Source of the DNA: Desulfobacterales bacterium
GTDB taxonomy: Bacteria; Desulfobacterota; Desulfobacteria; Desulfobacterales; UBA5616
Assembly: GCA_046483495.1 (NCBI GenBank)
Contig: JAWODC010000016.1
Coordinates: 1-11,168, forward strand
Length of the DNA stretch: 11,168 bases
Direction: 5' to 3'
Positions 6,782 to 11,168 of this stretch are shown in pieces. The notes beneath the pieces were generated by a model, which was not told where the DNA came from, did not search any database, and saw nothing but the letters and a program-made list of their open reading frames with translations. Positions within the stretch are counted from its first letter, which is position 1, and each line of letters begins with the position of its first letter. A program made the position numbers and the translations under genes.

Positions 6782-6929
6782 TAGAAGTGGTTTCAAAACC
6801 TTCAATCAGGTCAAAGATCAAGGCGGGAGGAAGGATTCAAGCGCAGGAATACATTACGTATTTTGAGCATTGAATTCTTCATCCCAACGCCGATATTGGG
6901 CCTGAGGGGAGGTTTTGAAACCACTTATA
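6782..6929 (+). mobile_element. ERIC-like/MITE-like palindromic element, copy 2 (148 bp, best preserved)
   Basis: 20-bp terminal inverted repeats with 1 mismatch: TAGAAGTGGTTTCAAAACCT (6782-6801)/AGGTTTTGAAACCACTTATA (6910-6929). TA at both ends. The whole element folds back around AATAC-ATTAC-GTATT. No coding capacity. Confidence 0.8.
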
Positions 6930-6930
6930 G

Positions 6931-8133
6931 TTACATTCCGAATGCAAGCATACTGGCCGTTGTGACCCGGAGAAGTTCATTCGGGCACTCATATATTTGG
7001 GTGACTTTGGCGTCTCGATACAGCTTTTCAACCAGTGAATTCTTCGTATATCCATATCCGCCGTGGATTTGCAGGGCTTCATCCGCAGTTTTTACCGCCA
7101 AATCCGAAGCGATCACCTTTGCGCCCTGGGCCAATTTCATATCGACAGCGGGATTTTTATCGAAGTAATCGGCAGCTTTCCACACGTAGGCGCGAACCGC
7201 TTCGATATGCCAAAACATATCCGCCAGTTTTGCGCCGATCAACTGATGCTGAATGGCGGGTTTCCCGGCGATTACCCGTTTTTTTGCATATGCCAGCGCC
7301 TCTTCGTAAGCAGTCCTTGCAATCCCCACACATAAGGCACCCAGGAGAATCCAGGAATTGGCGGTTATCAGCCTTTGCTGTGCATTTAATTCGGGCACCA
7401 TGCCGCCGGGCTCACCGATGACGTGCTCTTTTGGAACCCGCACATTGTTTAGATACAATTGAGCGTTTTTAGACAGGCGCTGACCCATCTTGTCCTCTGA
7501 TCTTGGAGCAGTGAGCCCCGGGGAATCGGCCCATACAAAGCACGTTCGGCATGCCTCGAGGCCGACCTTCTCTTGATCGCCGCGAGCCCAGATGACATAC
7601 CACTTCGTTAACGGTGATCCGCCGTTCGTGCAAAAATTTTTAACCCCGTTTAGAATGTAATCATCGCCGTCGCGTTCAAGGGTTGTCTCCTGGATAAAAT
7701 CTTCCTGAACGAGCAGCCAACATGGGCCGACGTTCGGTTCTGTCAGGGCATAGGCCGCCAACCCTCCTTTTTCTGCAAGCGGCCTTAAAAAGGTCTCTCG
7801 CTGCTGTTCGGTCGCTCTGGGACCGCAGATATGTTCGAGGGCTAAAAAATGGCCCTGGTAACTGACGCAAAATCCGGCATCCGCCGCCGCCAGTTCTTCC
7901 CATATCAGGACATGGGTGAGACAATCCAATCCCTGACCGCCATACTGTTTCGGTATCGTGGCGTCGTGAATGCCGATATCGAAACTTTTTTTGAATTGTT
8001 CCGCCGGAAAAATGGCTTCATGATCCGCCATTTGGTCCCGTTCCATGGCAATCGGCTTGATTTCTTTTTCAGCAAATTCGCGGACTGACTTTTGAATGGC
8101 GAATTGCTCGGGTGTCAATTTGAAATCGACCAT
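6931..8133 (-). CDS. Acyl-CoA dehydrogenase family protein (atypical motifs), 400 aa
   Basis: RBS AAGGAG before MVDFKLTPEQ at 8133. Motifs IPKQYGGQG, EELA.AD, ALTEP, YILNGVKNF.TNG, EDKMGQR, F/L.NVRVP, KLADM, ALQIHGGYGY and EKLYRDAKVTQIYE (catalytic Glu position kept). Confidence 0.95.
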   Translation of the reverse strand: MVDFKLTPEQFAIQKSVREFAEKEIKPIAMERDQMADHEAIFPAEQFKKSFDIGIHDATIPKQYGGQGLDCLTHVLIWEELAAADAGFCVSYQGHFLALEHICGPRATEQQRETFLRPLAEKGGLAAYALTEPNVGPCWLLVQEDFIQETTLERDGDDYILNGVKNFCTNGGSPLTKWYVIWARGDQEKVGLEACRTCFVWADSPGLTAPRSEDKMGQRLSKNAQLYLNNVRVPKEHVIGEPGGMVPELNAQQRLITANSWILLGALCVGIARTAYEEALAYAKKRVIAGKPAIQHQLIGAKLADMFWHIEAVRAYVWKAADYFDKNPAVDMKLAQGAKVIASDLAVKTADEALQIHGGYGYTKNSLVEKLYRDAKVTQIYECPNELLRVTTASMLAFGM

Positions 8134-8163
8134 TGTTTTCTCCTTTTTCCCAATCGATTTGCT

Positions 8164-8189
8164 TAGAAGTGGTTTCAAAACCACTTCTA
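8164..8189. repeat. 26-bp palindrome, collapsed copy of the 6782-6929 element
   Basis: TAGAAGTGGTTT-CA-AAACCACTTCTA. The first 19 nt are identical to 6782-6800, and the last 12 match the right end of that element except one base. Confidence 0.9.
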
Positions 8190-8969
8190 GAATTCGGTCA
8201 TGCCTCCATCAACGGATAAAGTTGCCCCGGTAATATAGCTCGAATCGTCATCGGCTAAGAACAAAACAGCGTTGGCTACTTCGCTTTCCTTTCCGAGCCG
8301 GTGTGCCGGGATCATCGTTTTAAACAAGTCTTCCATGCCCGGGTAGCAATCATGGGTGCTCGGCGTGTCGATAATGCCGGGCGCCACGCAATTGACGGTG
8401 ATCCCTTCACCGGCAACCACGGCCGAAACCGATCTGGAAAAGTGCGCCACGCCCGCCTTCAGGCCGGCATATACCGGTGCGTTTGCCACTTTGGACTTGC
8501 CTCCCATGCTGGTAATGTTGATAATTCTCCCATAATTTCGCTTTCTCATGTGCGGCAGCACCGCTCGCGTAATATCGACAATACCCTTGAAGGTGCCGAT
8601 GGTGGCATCGGAAACTTCCGATCGAAGCAGATCGTCAAGCGGTTCCGGTTTAAATACGACAGACCATGCCGAATTCACCAAAATATCGATTTTTCCAAAT
8701 TCTCCTATTGCAGCTTCGATTAACCGCTCCACATCGCCGCGAATGCTGACATCTGTTTTGACGACCAGGGCTTTTCTGTCCAGTGCCCTTACCTGTTCAG
8801 CCACTTCGCTGATGGTGCCCGGCCGGGTTTCGAACATCTCATCTTCTTTTGTAACCGTCCTGGATGCCAATGCAAGATCGGCGCCCTCTCGGGCGAATGC
8901 CAGGGCGATTTCTCTTCCCATGCCGCGGCTGGCTCCGGTTACGACGACCGTTTTGTCCGTGAATCGCAT
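8187..8969 (-). CDS. Classical short-chain dehydrogenase/reductase (FabG-like), 260 aa
   Basis: RBS AAGGAGG. TGASRGMG Rossmann motif, G.IDILVN, GRIINITS, catalytic YAGLK, ITVNCVAPG.I.T and SYITG.TL.VDGG. An Arg after beta-2 (ALASRT) suggests NADP(H) preference (inference). Confidence 0.96.
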   Translation of the reverse strand: MRFTDKTVVVTGASRGMGREIALAFAREGADLALASRTVTKEDEMFETRPGTISEVAEQVRALDRKALVVKTDVSIRGDVERLIEAAIGEFGKIDILVNSAWSVVFKPEPLDDLLRSEVSDATIGTFKGIVDITRAVLPHMRKRNYGRIINITSMGGKSKVANAPVYAGLKAGVAHFSRSVSAVVAGEGITVNCVAPGIIDTPSTHDCYPGMEDLFKTMIPAHRLGKESEVANAVLFLADDDSSYITGATLSVDGGMTEF

Positions 8970-8985
8970 AGTTAAATCCTCCTTT

Positions 8986-9132
8986 CAGTGGCCGTCCAGA
9001 AACGGCATCTTTTGCCTCGGAGCGGCGTTTTCGCCTTTTTGGAATCCTCAAAATAGTAAACTATTCCTGCGGTTCCAAAAAGAGCTCATGCCTTGCTCCG
9101 GCCCAAAACCTACCGCTTCTGAATGGCCACTG
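8986..9132 (-). repeat. ERIC-like/MITE-like palindromic element, copy 3 (147 bp, opposite orientation)
   Basis: Ends CAGTGGCCGTCCAGAAACGG / CCGCTTCTGAATGGCCACTG pair at 17 of 20 positions. The minus strand reads GCAAGGC...CCGCAGGAATAG-TTTA-CTATTTTGAGG...AACGCCG, the same motifs as copy 2. Confidence 0.8.
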
Positions 9133-9192
9133 GTCGATTGGATACAGAAGGGGCGTCTTTTGGCCTGAAAAAACATTTTCGACTATTTGGAA

Positions 9193-9224
9193 TTCCCGGA
9201 AAATCCGGCATTTCCGGACGGGAA
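9193..9224. terminator. GC-rich hairpin just after the outer-membrane protein stop (terminator-like or element remnant)
   Basis: TTCCCG-GAAAA-TCCGG-CATTT-CCGGA-CGGGAA. No clear U-tract. Confidence 0.35.
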
Positions 9225-9232
9225 ACAAATGA

Positions 9233-10285
9233 TCAGAAGCTGTATTTTATCTCGGCAAAAATCCTGTCATTATCACCGATACGTGCATATTCGGGCAGAT
9301 CGCCGGAATGGTAGAGCAGAACGCCTCCTTTTATTTCTGTATAGTCGGTCAGATCATAGCTCGATGTGAATCGTTGAAATTTGCCGTCTTTCCCGTCGAA
9401 GCCAAAGACAAACAAGAGATATTCCAATTCCAGCGTTTCGTTCATAAAGGTCCTGGACATACGCAGTGCTGTTTCAGGCCTGTTCTCCCGGAGGCTGTCC
9501 GGCGGCTGCTTTAACGCTGAATCAAATTTGTGTATGTGGCGATCGGCGATTTCTAAAGTGATTACCGTTTGATCGAACCCGTAGTATTCCAACCCAACCA
9601 TGATGTCGGATCGCGAGTATTCCTCGCAAGGCCTGTTAAACCATTCCAACCCGTCCAGATATGCAGCCTCGAATTTGACAATCCAATTTCCAAGGGCCGC
9701 ATTGAAAGCCGTTCCGAGCATTTGGACCCGGGCATGGGCCAGTTCGACCGATACGGGCAAGAACGGTCCGATAAATCGGGCATGGGGGGTATCCCAAAAG
9801 ATATCCGCGAAAAAAAAGGAAATGTCCCAGCCGCTGAAGGTTCCCTTTAATGACAGGCCGTATTCCTGATTGTCGATTCCATCCGAGGGTTTGTCTTCTC
9901 CGGGCAGAGGATCGGCATAGGGATAAAAATCACTGCCCCAAGCCGGAATTTTGTCGAATCGGATTTCATGGACGATAATGCCTGCCATATTCCAATTGCC
10001 AATGTAGTAATCCAGTTTGGTCATTGCCAGGGGCAGCCTCAAATCATCCAGATCGGTCAGCCCGGGTTCCCGCAAATCCAATGGATTCAGGACGTCGGTA
10101 ATGCGGATATTGTCTGATTTTCCCCATACGACGATTTGACGACCGACTTTCAGGTCCAGGTTTCGGGTAAGCCTCCCCATGATATGGGCTTCCCGGAGCT
10201 CGATTTCATCTTCATACTCATCGAGCACATCTTCGGTATAGTTTGTTCTTCCGTTCAGCCGGTAAGCGGCGTCATGCATGCCAGA
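9233..10285 (-). pseudogene. DUF1302-like outer-membrane beta-barrel protein, N-terminally truncated
   Basis: Motifs E.ELREA, DLKVGRQIVVWGKSD and D.LNP.DLR.PG; amphipathic strands; C-terminal barrel signal AEIKYSF. No signal peptide or RBS. The frame starts directly after the upstream gene's TAA. Confidence 0.7.
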
Positions 10286-11050
10286 TTAAAAATTATTCAT
10301 TTTTTCCCGTAGTTCCTGTATCTGTCTCTCCAGATCTTCCACCTTTGAGAGCTCCGCCTTCATCTCATCATTCTCTTTTTTGAGTTCTTTCACCGCTTCA
10401 ATAAGGAGTGCGGTTAAGGGGGCGTAATTGATAGCATAGTATTCACTGCCTTTAAGCACCAGTTCGGGCACCACCTCAATTGCTTCCTGGGCTATCAGAC
10501 CTATACTTTTTTTACCAGCAACACTGCCTTCTTTGTCCCATTTGAAAGAGACACCCCTGAGTTTAAGCACCATGTCCAGGGGATTGCTTAGTGTCTGTAT
10601 ATCTGATTTAAGTCTCAGATCGGAGGGTATTGCAGATTCGTCAGCGTGAATGGTACCATTAATATCCAGTGCATATGCCGGATCAGGCTCCTTTCTGATG
10701 CCTGTATTGGCGTTCAGTCTTAGTGTTCGAAGACTCTTATCGTCCATATTGCCGGTTATGTATGCCATGCTGGGGTCTTCCTGCGGCATACAATCAATTA
10801 GTAACTGGTTGCTGGCGGACTCTATTTTTGTTCCTGCACCGTTACCGATAAAAATATTATTTGATCCCCGGACCATATCACCGGTGGCGTTGCCTATAAG
10901 GACGTTATTTTCAGTTCCTTCCTGCAGGTTAAGACCGGCATTATAACCTATGGCAATATTATTTGAGCCGGCGTATCCAAATTGGCCCCCGGCCTGGTAT
11001 CCCATAAAGATATTATTGCCTGCCAGTCCGCGTGCACCCCTTACTTCCAC
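10286..11050 (-). CDS. Peptidase S74 (intramolecular chaperone auto-processing) domain protein; tail-fibre/trimeric adhesin-like, probably 5'-incomplete
   Basis: Repeats NNIFMGYQAG, NNIAIGYNAG, NNVLIGNATG and NNIFIGNGAG. Then SDLRLKSDIQTL...LRGVSFKW...IGLIAQE...PELV...INY..LTALLIEAVKEL and a C-terminal coiled coil. The frame stays open upstream of the GTG to the window edge, so the start is uncertain. Confidence 0.9.
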   Translation of the reverse strand: MEVRGARGLAGNNIFMGYQAGGQFGYAGSNNIAIGYNAGLNLQEGTENNVLIGNATGDMVRGSNNIFIGNGAGTKIESASNQLLIDCMPQEDPSMAYITGNMDDKSLRTLRLNANTGIRKEPDPAYALDINGTIHADESAIPSDLRLKSDIQTLSNPLDMVLKLRGVSFKWDKEGSVAGKKSIGLIAQEAIEVVPELVLKGSEYYAINYAPLTALLIEAVKELKKENDEMKAELSKVEDLERQIQELREKMNNF

Positions 11051-11168
11051 ATACTTGTCATTTATCCCCTTTGAGAAAAGAATTAAGAAAGATGATGCCC
11101 TGGCTGCAGAGCATAGACGTTGACTAATCAGAAAATATGGTTTAGATGCTGGCGCAGAATATAGGTTA

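Noticed and set aside
6782..8189. Autonomous IS or transposon
   Set aside because: No transposase, integrase or recombinase ORF lies between the inverted ends or anywhere in the window.
3069..8969. Assignment as the toluene bbs operon (bbsE/F/G/C/D)
   Set aside because: Gene order and orientation differ, there is a single SDR and no thiolase or hydratase. Family similarity alone does not show orthology, so no gene symbols are given.
1104..10946. Many 60-206 aa ORFs overlapping the main genes (e.g. 1104-1580, 3510-4070, 8548-9168, 10650-10946)
   Set aside because: They are shadow or alternate frames of well-supported genes in GC-richer DNA with no independent motifs.
1..11168. tRNA or rRNA genes
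   Set aside because: No cloverleaf with T-loop consensus or rRNA signature was recognised in any intergenic region.

Overview
The window looks like a mosaic of three segments. The central ~9.85 kb (~445-10285) is GC-richer and resembles anaerobic Desulfobacterota/deltaproteobacterial DNA (inferred from gene content and repeat style). It holds an acyl-CoA catabolic cluster: a truncated PaaK-like CoA ligase, an uncharacterised 436-aa protein made of two tandem 4-Cys domains, a pair of class III CoA-transferase subunits (only one keeps the catalytic Asp), a Cys-rich HTH/2x[4Fe-4S] protein, an atypical acyl-CoA dehydrogenase, an SDR and an N-terminally truncated DUF1302-like outer-membrane barrel. 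Both flanks are AT-richer and phage-like: a 23-aa tryptophan-repeat protein on the left and a peptidase S74 chaperone/fibre protein on the right. Each junction cuts a cluster gene, so contig joining or misassembly is as likely as real integration. The intergenic DNA carries three ~146-bp ERIC-like palindromic elements whose stems differ in sequence but stay paired around conserved internal-loop motifs, a collapsed 26-bp copy that supplies the SDR stop codon, and short 7- and 9-bp tandem arrays. No database searches were run; family calls rest on recognised motifs.
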